From Owenia fusiformis (Eukaryota): a stretch of 64,000 bases of DNA. The DNA lies in assembly GCA_903813345.2 (NCBI GenBank), contig CAIIXF020000001.1, positions 30,194,001 through 30,258,000 of the forward strand, written 5' to 3'. Positions 1-12,500 of the stretch are shown piece by piece. A program made the translations under genes and the position numbers. How positions within the stretch are numbered: the stretch's first letter is position 1; each line of letters opens with the position of its first letter. The notes under the pieces were generated by a model that saw only the letters and a program-made list of their open reading frames with translations, was not told the origin of the DNA and ran no database searches.

Positions 1-59
1 AAATATTGAAAAATAAAGAAATTAGAGAGATATTATGAGAACTTTATGATCAACCCTCG
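1..59. mobile_element. Right end of a mariner-type non-autonomous element (same family as 236-1254), truncated by the window edge
   Basis: 1-59 nearly matches 1197-1254 (…GAGAACTTTATGAT[CA/AT]ACCCTCG) and is followed by TA. Confidence 0.75.
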
Positions 60-235
60 TATGTCACATTGCTCAGCTTATGGACAAATACCAAGTATAT
101 TTCATCTCAAAAACGATCGAACACATTTTGTAGTAGAAGGGCTGTACCATCTTACCACACTTGGTGTTTCGAACATTTCTTATCAGCGTCCCGAATATTC
201 AACAATCTTTCTGCCGACCCGGCAATACAAAAATA

Positions 236-1254
236 CGAGGGTATATCATAAAGTTCTCATAATATCTCTCTAATTTTTTCATTTTTCAATATTTTCTAAT
301 GAAATTTTCATGGAATCTGCACTATAGAATACTCTATTAATCTCTCAAAATATATTTGGTATAACATAAATATTAGATAAGTAGTGGTTGCCATAGTAAC
401 CGGAAATCAAGGCACCCGGGGCAAATACAAATAATTTAGAGAATTAGCTTAATTAACCATGTTTACATACATTATAAACTCTCATGAATTATCAAACACA
501 TTAAAATGTTATCTTGAATATGTTGTTAAATGCTTTTACTATAAAATAAATTGATGTGAACTGTGTGATGTCATAGGGTATGCTGACATGCTTCATTAGA
601 TGTGATACCAAACTCTGAGAATCAAAGCTTAATTATCAGAAATGACTGAGTAAGATAGTGCATAGATGCAGAGATCATCAGAAAAATAATATTCATACTG
701 ATAAAAAGTTTAGTTTAGTTCAAAATTCCTTTGCTCATACTAAAGATGGTCTAAAACAAATATGTTGCAAAGACATCAACAAAATTACACCCTATGTGTA
801 TTCTATTATTTATTTAAGATGAACTAAAGTGGAAAATCGACTTTCCATGGAATATTTGACAAAACAGTTGTAGTGTCTAACATCACTTCTAATGAAGCAT
901 TACAATCATCCATAATGAGATCACACAATTCACATGACCATTATAATTGTTCAAAACAGTCAAGAATACATGGTATTTATTAATTTGATGTGTTTCATAG
1001 CTTATTTAATAACTTATTATGCATTTAAACATGGTTAGTTGGGGCTATTCTTGCACAATTTTTTATTTGCCCCGGGTGCGTTGATTTCCGGTTACTATGA
1101 CAACCATTTCTTAAATAATATTTCTGTTATACCAAATATTTTTGATAGATTAATTCAGCATTCTAAACTACACATTCTGTGAAAAATTCATCAGAATATA
1201 TTGAAAAATAAAAAAATTAGAGAGATATTATGAGAACTTTATGATATACCCTCG
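236..1254. mobile_element. Non-autonomous Tc1/mariner-type element with ~200-bp imperfect TIRs
   Basis: Starts CGAGGGTATATCATAAAGTTCTC and ends GAGAACTTTATGATATACCCTCG. TA flanks both sides (234-235, 1255-1256). Inverted similarity extends to the GCACCCGGGGCAAATA block. No intact ORF. Confidence 0.85.
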
Positions 1255-1439
1255 TATATACACTTTATAACCTTATGGAGATAAACACTCACTCCAATTC
1301 ATATTTTAAAAAACAACGCATTTACTCACAAACAACCAACCAAACCAGGTTTCCCCAACCGGGAACCCTATTTAGAAACAGCCCATTCTTAAAAAAACAA
1401 TGGAAGTACATGTAAAACACAAACATATACAACAGACTA

Positions 1440-3300
1440 TCAAACACATTACCCGTACATCATATAAAACTCATATCAACAAACAAAACAAACGAAACAA
1501 ATTTTAACAAACAAACCGACAAAATCGTGATCTACAATTCACCAAAACGCATACACCATCCCGACAAAACACAAACACGGGACAATCAACAAATTGAAAA
1601 CACGGTAAGACAGCCCCCAGAAACAAGTTAATACCTCAATAACAAGAGATGCTACGACCACAACATATACATCGAAATAAAGCTTAGACATGACACTACA
1701 CACCCAAGCCGTTGAAAAACAACTTACCTACCACTTACATACCAAAAAAAGCCACAAAACAAACACGAAATTTACAAACCAAAATACCACAAAACTCCGA
1801 TAAAACCAAAATACCGTAACCAATCGCGAACGAGCTAACAACTTCCCCAAAGCACACACTATCAAAATAAAAAACACCTCACCATAAGGGTAAACAACAA
1901 ACCAAACAAACAAATTGACAACAACTTGATGCAATTAATCAATACGCATACACGATCCCGGCAAAACACAAACACGGGATAATCAAAACATAATGAAATC
2001 ACGGGAAGACAGCCTCCAAAATCAAGTTAATATCTCAACAACAAGAGATGCTACTACCATAACACATACACCAAAATGAACCTCAGACATGACACTACAC
2101 ACCCAAACTGTTGCAAAACAACTTATCTACCACTTACATATAAAAACGCCACACAAAACAAATAAAACAAGAAAGGACGATTCTCGGTTTGGAGAACAGT
2201 CTCCTGGGCTAATAATTTGATTCATGAAAAATATAGAAATATTACCCAAATTAAACTATGAATATTCAAAAGAGGACATTTAAATCTACAAAATGTAAAA
2301 ATAACAAATTGGTCTGAAGCAGGGATAACGCTCAATTAGACCGATTCAGTAAAATACAAGTCTCGATTTGGGGAAAGAAGTTCATCGGTGTACTGCGCTA
2401 ATATTTTTTTGCGAAAAATATAGAAATATTACCCAAATTAAATTATGACTATTCAAAAGAAGACATTCAAATCTATATTATGTAAAAAAAATCAAATTTG
2501 TCCGAAGCAGGGATAATGCTCATTTAGATTGATGAACTTCGTTCTCCAAACCGAGAATCGTCCTTTACAAACCAAAATACTACAAAACTCCGATAAAACC
2601 AAAATACAAACAATTGCGAACAAGCTAACAACTCCCCCAACGCACACACTACTGACATAAAAAACACCTAACCCTAAAGGGTAAAAAACAAACCAAACAA
2701 ACAAAACAAATTCGAACAAACAAACTGACCACAACTTGATGCAATTAATCAATACGCATACGATCCCGACAAATCACAAACACGGGATAATCAAAACATA
2801 ATGAAATCACGGGAAGACAGCCTCCAAAATCAAGTTAATATCTCAACAACAAGAGATGCTATTACCATAACACACACACCAAAATAAACCTCAGACATGA
2901 CACTATACACCCAATTCATGGAAAAACAACTTTTCTACCACATACATACCACAAACGCCGCCAAACATACACGAAATTTACAAACCAAAATACTGCAAAA
3001 CTTCGATAAAACCAAAATACAACCCGACACGGGAAAACAGATCCCCTGTCAAGTAAACATATTAACAATAATATATACTACCACCACTACACACTGTCAC
3101 ACAAATCAACACTAAGCTCAAACACAAGACTAAACACCCAAACCTTTGACAAACAGGGATCCCACCACAAACTCACACTACACACATCCAAACCAATACC
3201 ATTTTTATAAACGAAAATACCACACTCCGATAAAGCAGAAACGCTACTAAAGACAACGAATTTACAACTCTTCCAATTTACATACCATGAACATAAAACA
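1440..3300. repeat. Degenerate, strongly C/A-skewed (G-poor) repeat region with ~200-400-bp duplicated blocks
   Basis: The block ACGCATAC..ATCCCG..AAACACGGGA.AATCAA..AGACAGC..CAAGTTAATA.CTCAA.AACAAGAGATGCTA recurs at ~1546, ~1943 and ~2753. Confidence 0.8.
2172..2566. mobile_element. MITE inserted in the C/A-rich repeat
   Basis: 26-bp TIR AAAGGACGATTCTCGGTTTGGAGAAC / GTTCTCCAAACCGAGAATCGTCCTTT. Internal direct duplication of GAAAAATATAGAAAT…CCCAAATTAAA. Confidence 0.7.
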
Positions 3301-3971
3301 TACACCACTATATATGAAGACCTCTCGCCAGAAATGACACTTGTACTATGTACTGTAGTGCGCCAGGCTAGCTGTGTTAGATACGCTAATAAGAGGCATT
3401 TCCAACAATGATTACTGGGATTGTTCACATACTGCACCAGACTGTAAATTTCACGTAAATTCATCGCATTGATTAAATTCACTATCCAATAAAAATGTGC
3501 ATTTATACTGTGCTGCGGTTAAATGGGAACAGATGATTTAAAAAGAATTTCGAAAAACGCTTTGTTAAATTATTTGTTTCCGTCTAGGGCGACTTATTTA
3601 GAGAGTCTTATCAATTGTATAATAAAATGTGATGTACATGGAAAGCATACATCTTCATTCATCAGATGTTTATCGGGATGAAGAAAAGAACTGGGAATGA
3701 AAGATCGTGTAATTGTACGTTGAAAGATAATGGTTTTAAACCTGATTTACCATTTGCCCATCGGGTAAGTAAATGGAATCTCATACACTTACAATGTAAC
3801 TACGTGAAAATATAATGTGGCGTCCGTGGAACGAATGGTGAGCGAAAGCTACGCGAATGAACCAACTCCGTGGTACATACGAAATTACCCCGCGATGAGC
3901 TTGAAGCGCACTCGTGACGCGCCCGCGGTGACCACGAAAAGCGTTCGATTTGACCACGAAATTCGGGCGGC

Positions 3972-4901
3972 ATGCCGACGACATGGCATGGTGTAAGGCT
4001 AGTAATTAGATGTACGGTACATTATCGAATTCATACTGGAGAAAAAGACTTCATATGTGATGTTTGTTCTAAACTTTTTACTCAAAAGTCAAATCTTAAG
4101 AAACATTATAAAATTCATACTGGAGAAAAAGACTTCAAATGTGGTGTTTGTTCTAAAACATTTGCACGAAAGTGTGATCTTACAAAACACTTAATAATTC
4201 ATACTGGAGAAAAGAACTTCAAGTGTGGTGTTTGTTCTAAAACATTTGCACGAAAGTGTGATCTTACAAAACACTTTATAATTCATACTGGAGAAAAGAA
4301 CTTCAAGTGTGGTGTTTGTTCTAAACCATTTAGGCAAAAGTCTAATCTTAACAAACATTATAGAATTCATACTGGAGAAAAGAACTTCAAATGTGATGTT
4401 TGTTCTAAAACATTTGGGAACAAATCTAATCTTAATGAACATTATAAAATTCATACTGGAGAAAAGAACTTCAAATGTGGTGTTTGTTCTAAAACATTTG
4501 CACGAAAGTGTGATCTTACAAAACACTTTATAATTCATACTGGAGAAAAGAACTTCAAGTGTGGTGTTTGTTCTAAAACATTTGCACGAAAGTGTGATCT
4601 TACAAAACACTTTATAATTCATACTGGAGAAAAGAACTTCAAGTGTGGTGTTTGTTCTAAACCATTTAGGCAAAAGTCTAATCTTAACAAACATTATAGA
4701 ATTCATACTGGAGAAAAGAACTTCAAATGTGATGTTTGTTCTAAAACATTTGGGAACAAATCTAATCTTAATGAACATTATAAAATCCATACTGGGGAAA
4801 AGAACTTCAAATGTGATGTTTGTTCCAAAACATTTTCACAAAAATCTCATCTAAATCAACATCATAAACTCCATACTAAAGAAAGTGACAATAAAATATA
4901 A
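3972..4901 (+). CDS. Tandem C2H2 (Kruppel-type) zinc-finger array: 10 complete fingers plus a leading half finger. The true 5' end is unknown; homology starts at ~4020.
   Basis: Repeats of F-x-C-x2-C-x3-F-x5-L-x2-H-x3-H with TGEK[D/N] linkers and 84-bp periodicity. Stop at 4899-4901; AATAAA at 5087-5092. Confidence 0.9.
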   Translation: MPTTWHGVRLVIRCTVHYRIHTGEKDFICDVCSKLFTQKSNLKKHYKIHTGEKDFKCGVCSKTFARKCDLTKHLIIHTGEKNFKCGVCSKTFARKCDLTKHFIIHTGEKNFKCGVCSKPFRQKSNLNKHYRIHTGEKNFKCDVCSKTFGNKSNLNEHYKIHTGEKNFKCGVCSKTFARKCDLTKHFIIHTGEKNFKCGVCSKTFARKCDLTKHFIIHTGEKNFKCGVCSKPFRQKSNLNKHYRIHTGEKNFKCDVCSKTFGNKSNLNEHYKIHTGEKNFKCDVCSKTFSQKSHLNQHHKLHTKESDNKI

Positions 4902-5454
4902 TTGACACATAGTTAGGCATCATGATATATCACATTTCAGTCTCGCAGAATTCATAGTTTCAAGTTGCTTGTTCTGTTCACCCAGCTAGCATATAACTAC
5001 TATTTTCAATGTCCACTTTCAGAACAGCCATCTAGAAACTTGATGAAGACTGTGTAGCAGTTTTGTTAATATTGTTTAATTATGTAAATAAAGTATACTA
5101 GGAAAATGGTCTTTTGCTATAATCAAAAGGTAATTTTGTTATATTTTACTTGTAAACATGTAAAGCATGAAGTATTGTATCTTGCCTGCTATGATATCAA
5201 TTTTTCTGAATGAGTGGTGTTTCCCGCTAAATCATATGTGTACAATACACGCTGTATCCATCCGGTCCCGCTGCTGATTTCAAAATTTTTAAAATTTTTT
5301 TTTCAAGTCAAAATTTTTTTTCACATTTTTTTTCAAATTTCTTTTTTTCACATTTTTTGAAAATCTCGCAAACCTTAAGGCCAAGAAAAGTAAGTATGTT
5401 TTGGAATTTTGGAACTTACAAGGTATGATGTGCCTAGAGCTTCAGTAGGTATGA

Positions 5455-5600
5455 AATATATCTGTTATGTACGGTCAGTTTTGGATACAGGGTTTATCCC
5501 AAGGGAAATATGTGTATCTCCCTCCCTCCCTGGGAGATACACATATTTCCCTTGGGATAAACCCTGTATCCAAAACCTCCCAGTACATAACCCTTATATA
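5455..5600. repeat. Long palindrome (hairpin-type element end)
   Basis: Perfect 45-bp arms at 5478-5522 and 5532-5576, with outer imperfect arms GTTATGTAC/GTACATAAC. Confidence 0.85.
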
Positions 5601-5692
5601 CATGTATTTATAATGGAATATATCAAAATCAACTATATTTAGAACTCAAAAATAACTCTGTATCTTTGTCACATCTAGTTTATTCTAATAAT

Positions 5693-6155
5693 AACAAGGC
5701 ACCGACGTGAACAATATCGTACCTAAAACACAGCATTGTGGTCTTGTTGACCAAGAAAGCAAGATGGCCGCAGAAAAGTTAATCAGCTCTAGAACTTATC
5801 ACTGTGTAACATATGTAAAAATTTGAACGGTTTGGCTGAAAACCTGTAGACAAGTCTTGAAAGTGAAGATTTTAGGACGGAAAATCCAAAATGGCCACCT
5901 TAAAATTTACCCAGAATGCCCAAAAACTAATCAGTTCTTGACGTTGATATGTAGAAACATCACTGAAAATTTCAGATGAATCCCTCAAATGGTTTGGCTG
6001 GAAACTTGTAGACAAGTCTTGAAAGTGAAGATTTTAGGACGGAAAATCCAAAATGCCCGCCCGCCCGCCAAAATGCCCGCCGCCCGCCCGCCCGCCCGCC
6101 CGCCCGCCGCCCATCAAGCTGACTACAATATCGTACCTTTTGTAAGTACGATAAA
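5693..6155 (+). mobile_element. Helentron/DINE-1/pearl-like non-autonomous element
   Basis: AACAAG start. ACAATATCGTACC occurs near both ends. Internal ~165-bp direct repeat, (CCCG)n microsatellite and terminal hairpin ATCGTAC…GTACGAT followed by an A run. Confidence 0.6.
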
Positions 6156-6374
6156 AAGGAACATGTGAGATGATTTTCGAGGATACAACTAAGCATCATA
6201 TTCTGGACTTTCAAATAAGGTAGACCATCATAAGAAGATAATCATGAGCATTGTTTTCATGAATTTTCAAATTAGAAAAATAGTAACTTCATAGAGTAGC
6301 AGATCCCACCAAACAAAATATATTTTATAAAATGAATCATCATTTTGAACTACTCAATATTTCATAGTTCCTAC

Positions 6375-6540
6375 CTAGTTTTCCCAGCGCCTCCAAGTCC
6401 AACCAACATCAGTTTGGTCCTGTAACATTCAACTGATCCTAACTTGAGCCTCTTCAGGTAGTTGACAACCTGAGCATTGCCCTGGGTGACAATTTCTAGA
6501 GGTGGGGTTTTCAGTGATATACAATCATCTATGTTAATAT
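6375..6540 (-). CDS. Exon encoding the LRR cap and the P-loop (G1) of the second ROC GTPase domain
   Basis: LKTPPLEIVTQGNAQVVNYLKRLKLGSVECYRTKLMLVGLGGAGKT is the classic Roco LRR-to-ROC junction. Phase-2 donor AG|GTAGGA. Confidence 0.9.
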
Positions 6541-9500
6541 CTGGAACAACAACAGCATACAGTAGTTTTATCACTTTATGGACTTAATGTAGCAGCCATT
6601 AGGTCCACATTCCCTCATAATCAAATACCTTTATCCTAAAGTACAAGAGCAAGAAACACATTACAAAGCGATGTGATACAAAATGAGTCATACCTATGGT
6701 CTCTAAAAATATTGTGAGTGTCATATCTTGAGTATGTCATACCTACACACAATTGATTGCATTTACATCTCTCATATGTTTTTTGAAATAACCAATTTAC
6801 CTTTGAAGTTTGAATGTCCTATTTCTCCACTGATGCTCTCCAGTAGGTAGCACTGGGAGAGATGCACAGCTTTGAGGTACTTTAGCTCTCCTATCTGATT
6901 GGGCACTACAGTTATCCCTTGGCATCTCAAACTCACAAATGCCAGCCTCCGTAACTGGAAAATCTGCCAGGGAACACCACCTCGGGATGGATCCTCTTGG
7001 GAGGTGAAGAGACGAGGGTATGTGGTGATTTTCTCTCCTGCTATCGTACAGGTGTGGCTTCTCTGGGTGGAGTTTACAGAGTTGAAGTCAGGGTCCTCAC
7101 AGCATGCCAACCAAGCCTCTCTTAATGTACTGGCTTCAACCTGTTTATTTTGCTGAGGTAACCCATTAAATATGAGTATCTCCAGTTGCTTCAAAAGAAT
7201 ATAAAAATATGGAAGTCAATAATTTGAAGAGGATGTTTTAGAGGCAACAAAATCTTGATGTTTAACTGTGTTAAGTAGTTTATATAGAATTCAATGAAAT
7301 TATTGTTCAAGAAAAATCAAGCGGCAGTTACTTTGTTTGATTTTCATTATTTTGGTTCTAATTTGTTTTGAGCAACAACTATGAACCTTGCTTTAATTCA
7401 ACTTTTTCAACTAAGATTAAACTTCTTATCCTCTGAATATCTGAAATCCACCTACATTCAGCTCACAGAAGGAATCGGGCAAAGCTCTGATAAAGTTCTC
7501 GCTGATGTTAAGGAACTTTAAACAGTGTAACTCTCCTAATCTCTCTGGTAGCCTCATCAACCCACAACCACTTATGTCCAAAGTTGCAAGCTGTGTGAAG
7601 CTAGTGAGGTTTGCAGGTATGGAATCTGATAATGTTAACCATATAAGATTGCCTCCTTCTAGCTTTAGGTCTTGGTTTGGTTCAGGTTTGTCATGCACAG
7701 CAGTCTGAAGAAATAGTTAATATACATGAATATGCTAAAAAAGTTAATATACATGAATATACTAAAATAGTTAATATACATGAATATACTAAAAAGTTAA
7801 TATACATGATTATACCACTCTAAGTCCAATTACAGTTGTATAACATGGGTCTATAACAACGATATACAGTGGAGAGTGGTATATCGTCATCGTATACAAC
7901 TCCTCCGTATACACTCCAGCGTATACCACTGTAGAAGTGCATTCTGGGAACTAATGAATAAAAAAATCATGAAGAATCAAGTGACGTCATAAATGGTTCG
8001 AGATCAACATCAACATTATTGAGTTGGCTATGGGATATTTTTATGGTTTTTAATTGTTATGATTGTGTTCGAATCAACTGTAATTGAACTTAGAGTGGCA
8101 TAATAAGATTATATAATGGTTCATTCTGTATATCATGCATTTTATACTCTCGTGAGAATATAATATATTCACTCGTTCGCTACGCTCACTTGTGAATATA
8201 TCATATACTCACTCGAGTATAAAAACGATATACAGAAAGAACCATTATGTAACCTCATAATATACTAAAATAGTTAATATACATGAATATACTAAGTTCA
8301 TTACAGCTTATTGGTTAATTTACCCAGAACCAAATCCTTAATATGCTAACACTACAAAATGAAACTTGTTACAGGGTAATATCTTGTCCATTGAGTTTGG
8401 AACTGTCAGTATTAATACTTATCAGAAAAATACTATATAAAGTTAATCAATTCCATATTTTAATATGGCGTTTCTGTTTTACATTCGGCTATTGGAAAGT
8501 TTACAGCCTTAGCAATATTACATGTTATAGAGTATGTACTGAATCAACACATGAATGCTGATTTGGTACTGAAATCAGTTAAATTAACAGTACATATACA
8601 ACGTATTTCATTACAATGGTACTAATTCAGTGATAATACTGGCACTGAAGCATTCCTCAAAAATAATTGCTGATTTAGAAATAAAATATATAGAATGACT
8701 GTAAATTTCATAATAGATAGCATACATGTATTTCCCCTTGATATAATGATGGTTCAAATAGTTTCTAGGCCATTCACTATTCCCTCCACTTTATGCAGAC
8801 AGCTGTATTACAAGGACCTGATCATTTAAGATGGACTAGAAGATTAATATATAAAATGGCTTACCAAATCTAATGGTCTATCAACAAGATATTCCAGCAA
8901 TGGGCAACCTTGTAGAAATCCATTTGGGGGTTTCTCCACTCCAGATGCAATAACCAAACCCCTGAGATCACCCCCTGCCAAACCTGGCGTGTAACTCTAC
9001 AAATACAGCACAATAGAGAGCTTCTTGGATATGCTGATATATACAGGTATGCAAAGATTTTCTAGTGTGGCATTCATCTAATTTTAATTGTAAAATTTGA
9101 AAAATTGCAGGTCATTTAAAAGGATTTCTTAAGGTTGTACAGGGTGACACTCTGCACACATACATTAGTGCATCTAATCAAAACTTTTTCATCAATGACA
9201 TATTGAAAATTTTTATAGGTAACAAATACTCACTCTGATACTAGCTTTATGGGCTTCTACTGGACACGATTTACGTTGTTCAAGAGGTAGTTTCAAATTC
9301 TCAGCAACCTGTGAATTGTCATGTGACAATGTGACAGCAAGAATGTATGTGTCATGAAGGAGTCTAAGGAACTCTCTCACCCCCTCAATACATGAAACAC
9401 TGACATGGTCCTTGCATGATCTTAGGTGAGGATACACCTGACATAGGTGGTCAACATCTCTAAGCATTTTCTATAAAACATCAAATATGTTTGTACTGAT

Positions 9501-12500
9501 TAACATTCCTTGGGCAGAAAGTCTCTGTGAAAAGCAACATTCAGAAATCTCTACAAATAATCATAACCATTAATTAAACATACCCTAACATGCAACTGTT
9601 TATGGAATATGTAGAAACATGATGTGATATCACTTAAAGAGAGAATCAGATATAGCGAGCAGCCAAACAAAAAATTGTTTCAATTTAAGAATATTTCTGG
9701 CTTGTGTCATTCCTTTTCATGTCTATTTTCTAAAAATCCCCAAAGTACACACTTTATTTCAGGAAAACTAAAGATTTTTACAATAATATATTATTTTTCT
9801 ATAAGAAAGGTTACCATTCTTATTATTTGGGGGAATTTAAACATTTTTCTAACATTTTTACACCTTGAATCTATTATAACTTAACCAATTTATAATATAT
9901 CGAAGATCTTTTGGGAGATTTTGTATTTGAGATTGTAAGGAATAGATTGGTAGGTCAATTGTACATGTTGCTTGTAATTGTATCACCCCCATAGATCTGA
10001 TTCTGCCTTTAAACTCAAACTTTAAAGGCAAGATCTGCTCATCTTTGTCCTTATATACAGTATATACAGAAATTGCACTCCCAAATCTTTCCTCGTGTTG
10101 ACATAGCAACCCGATACAAAACTATAGCAACTCAATGTGCAACTATAGCAACCATATTCACAATCATAGCAATTTAATAAGCAACCAGATTTTTACAAAA
10201 CCACCAAGTATTTGTCCATCCCTACTCACCTTGTTACTAAAGAGAGCCCTGGTGGTGTTGATAAGAGCATATAACTTGGTGAAGACACTGCCATTGTGTT
10301 TGGTAGAATTGAGCGAAGCAAGTGTCTGCTGTAGGGTGAAGTGTTCTGGGTCAACAGGCACCATAGCTTGGTCAAGCAGGTGTTGAGGAGGTAAAGCAGG
10401 TGCCCCTTCAAACACCGATTCTTCTAAAAAAAACACAATAGAATTGCTTTTCTTATGTATGACTAGGAAAGTGAGGCTTGGATCATATTTTGAGCAATTT
10501 AGTCCCATTTATCTTCTTTAAAGTGAGGAGGCTGGATTATTTTTGATAAAATACCAGCAAAGTGATTGTGATGATATGAATTGTTAATAGTAAGACCACT
10601 GATATTGTGATTTAGCTTTTTCCAAACATTTGTTTTTTGAGAAAATTCATGCTTCACTTGAATTACATTTTACATTTTTTGAGAAAATAGTGAATCATTC
10701 TTTGAGCTATCATGAGAAGACTTGAATCCAATTCATAAATTTATATTTAATCTAGACAATTTTACAGTCTTAGTTTCTTGATTCCTACCTTGGGATAGGA
10801 TCCTAGCTTCATCTTTGAAATCCTGGCAAATAAAGCCAAAGCCCATTGTCTTTGGGGCTGTGTTATGTAGAGACTTTCTACAAGGGTTGTAGAAATAGAG
10901 TATCTCTGAGAGTATTGGCAAAAGAGTCACATTCAGAGTCTCTGTGTAAAGCACGTCAAGGTGGTTATGTTGAAATGTCCTTGGTATCTTATCAAACTTT
11001 GAACTTAATTTACAAGCTGAAATGAGGAATGAAATAGAACCAATACTAATTAATAGTAAATGAAATTAATCATTTGAAAGATTTTCAAAGTTGCAATTTT
11101 ATAATTCAGTTTTGTAAAACATAACTAAGAAAATCTTTCTTCCTATTCTCATATTTCTTGATTTATCATTTGTATTATGGACCTAACAAGCTTTATAACC
11201 TACCCCAGGGTGAGCATAATGGAATGCTACATCGTGTGGCAGTGGCCTTGTATCTCTCAGCTGGTTCATAAACAGACATAGCATCATTAAACCTTGGGAA
11301 CAATGCAAGTGGCTCACTCACCATATGTAGAGATGACATATCCTGATGATCTCCATCTGAATAAAATATGCAAGTGCGTTTGACGAGGCTCGATCAGATT
11401 ATATGAATATAAAATACTATGTGCTGCTCATTATATATAGAATCTAAAGTTAGGACTCTGTTATACAAAGCCACAATCATACCCAAGTAGATCATATCCA
11501 ATAACAGATCATATGAGATGTTACGAAGAGTCTACAGCCTTCATATGCTTGGTTCATAGAAAACATACAGGATATACATGTGGCATATGCATAATGGTAA
11601 GGTAAAAGGTATACCTGATTGTATAATATCTAATCCTCTGTTCTCCATAGCAAATGACCACTCTGACTTCAGTGGCATGATGTTGTCAGAGGAAGCAGAA
11701 ACAACCTTCACTGATGTGCCTTGCCCACCTTGAAGAATAGAAGCATATTACCATAATAAAATATATGCCAGGTATACGCAAAAGAACCACTATTAATACA
11801 CTACAATGCACTCTTAAAAAATATTACTTGGATTTCCTTATATTGAGAACTTGTACTACTCATTTTAAGTAAAAAATTACTTAAATAATCTTGAACTACT
11901 GAATAATTTTTAAGTAATTCAAAGTAATTACAAGTAATTATAAGTAATTTAAAACAATGATATATATATTAATTAAAAAAAAAATTAAAATGACTTCACA
12001 GGCACTCTGAATTTATGGTGAATTTACTAATGCAAGGAGAGAAATTGAAATACTTGCTGTAGTAATTGTAATACATGTACTCATTTACATAATTAAGCAA
12101 TTACTCAAAATGACTCAAAATGACAATATAAGTAAAACCTTGGTAAAATGAAGTAATTTTTATACTTGGGAAATACTCAAGTAATTCATTTTTAAGAGTG
12201 TGCTTCATAAACAGTGTTTGCTTTAATTGAATGAAATCCAACTTTGAACAGATTCAGAAATCTTAATTGCATTGTTCATAATTTACACTTTCCATCCTTT
12301 CACTTACTAGCTACTACCTCTGTAATCATGTATAGTGTTAAATACCTCATACATAAATAAACTTACACAATTCAAGCTTGCCATTGTTTATTGCATGTAT
12401 GGTTGCCTCTCTCCATTGGTTGCCAATGTCATTCTTCAGTAATAACTTCTTACCAGGTTGAAAGTGATCAGCTGTTACCACCTACAAAATAATAATGCAA

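Noticed and set aside
1728..3482. Hydrophobic minus-strand ORFs resembling membrane proteins
   Set aside because: Artefact of the T/G-rich complement of the C/A-skewed repeat.
4191..4854. Alternative-frame and antisense ORFs over the zinc-finger array
   Set aside because: Shadow ORFs produced by the 84-bp periodicity.
3972..4901. PRDM9 ortholog
   Set aside because: No SET/KRAB/SSXRD exons were identifiable; only the array pattern is similar.
9858..10109. 83-aa intronic ORF as an additional Roco exon
   Set aside because: The neighbouring exons already join in phase 0, there are no convincing splice sites, and no motif is recognisable.
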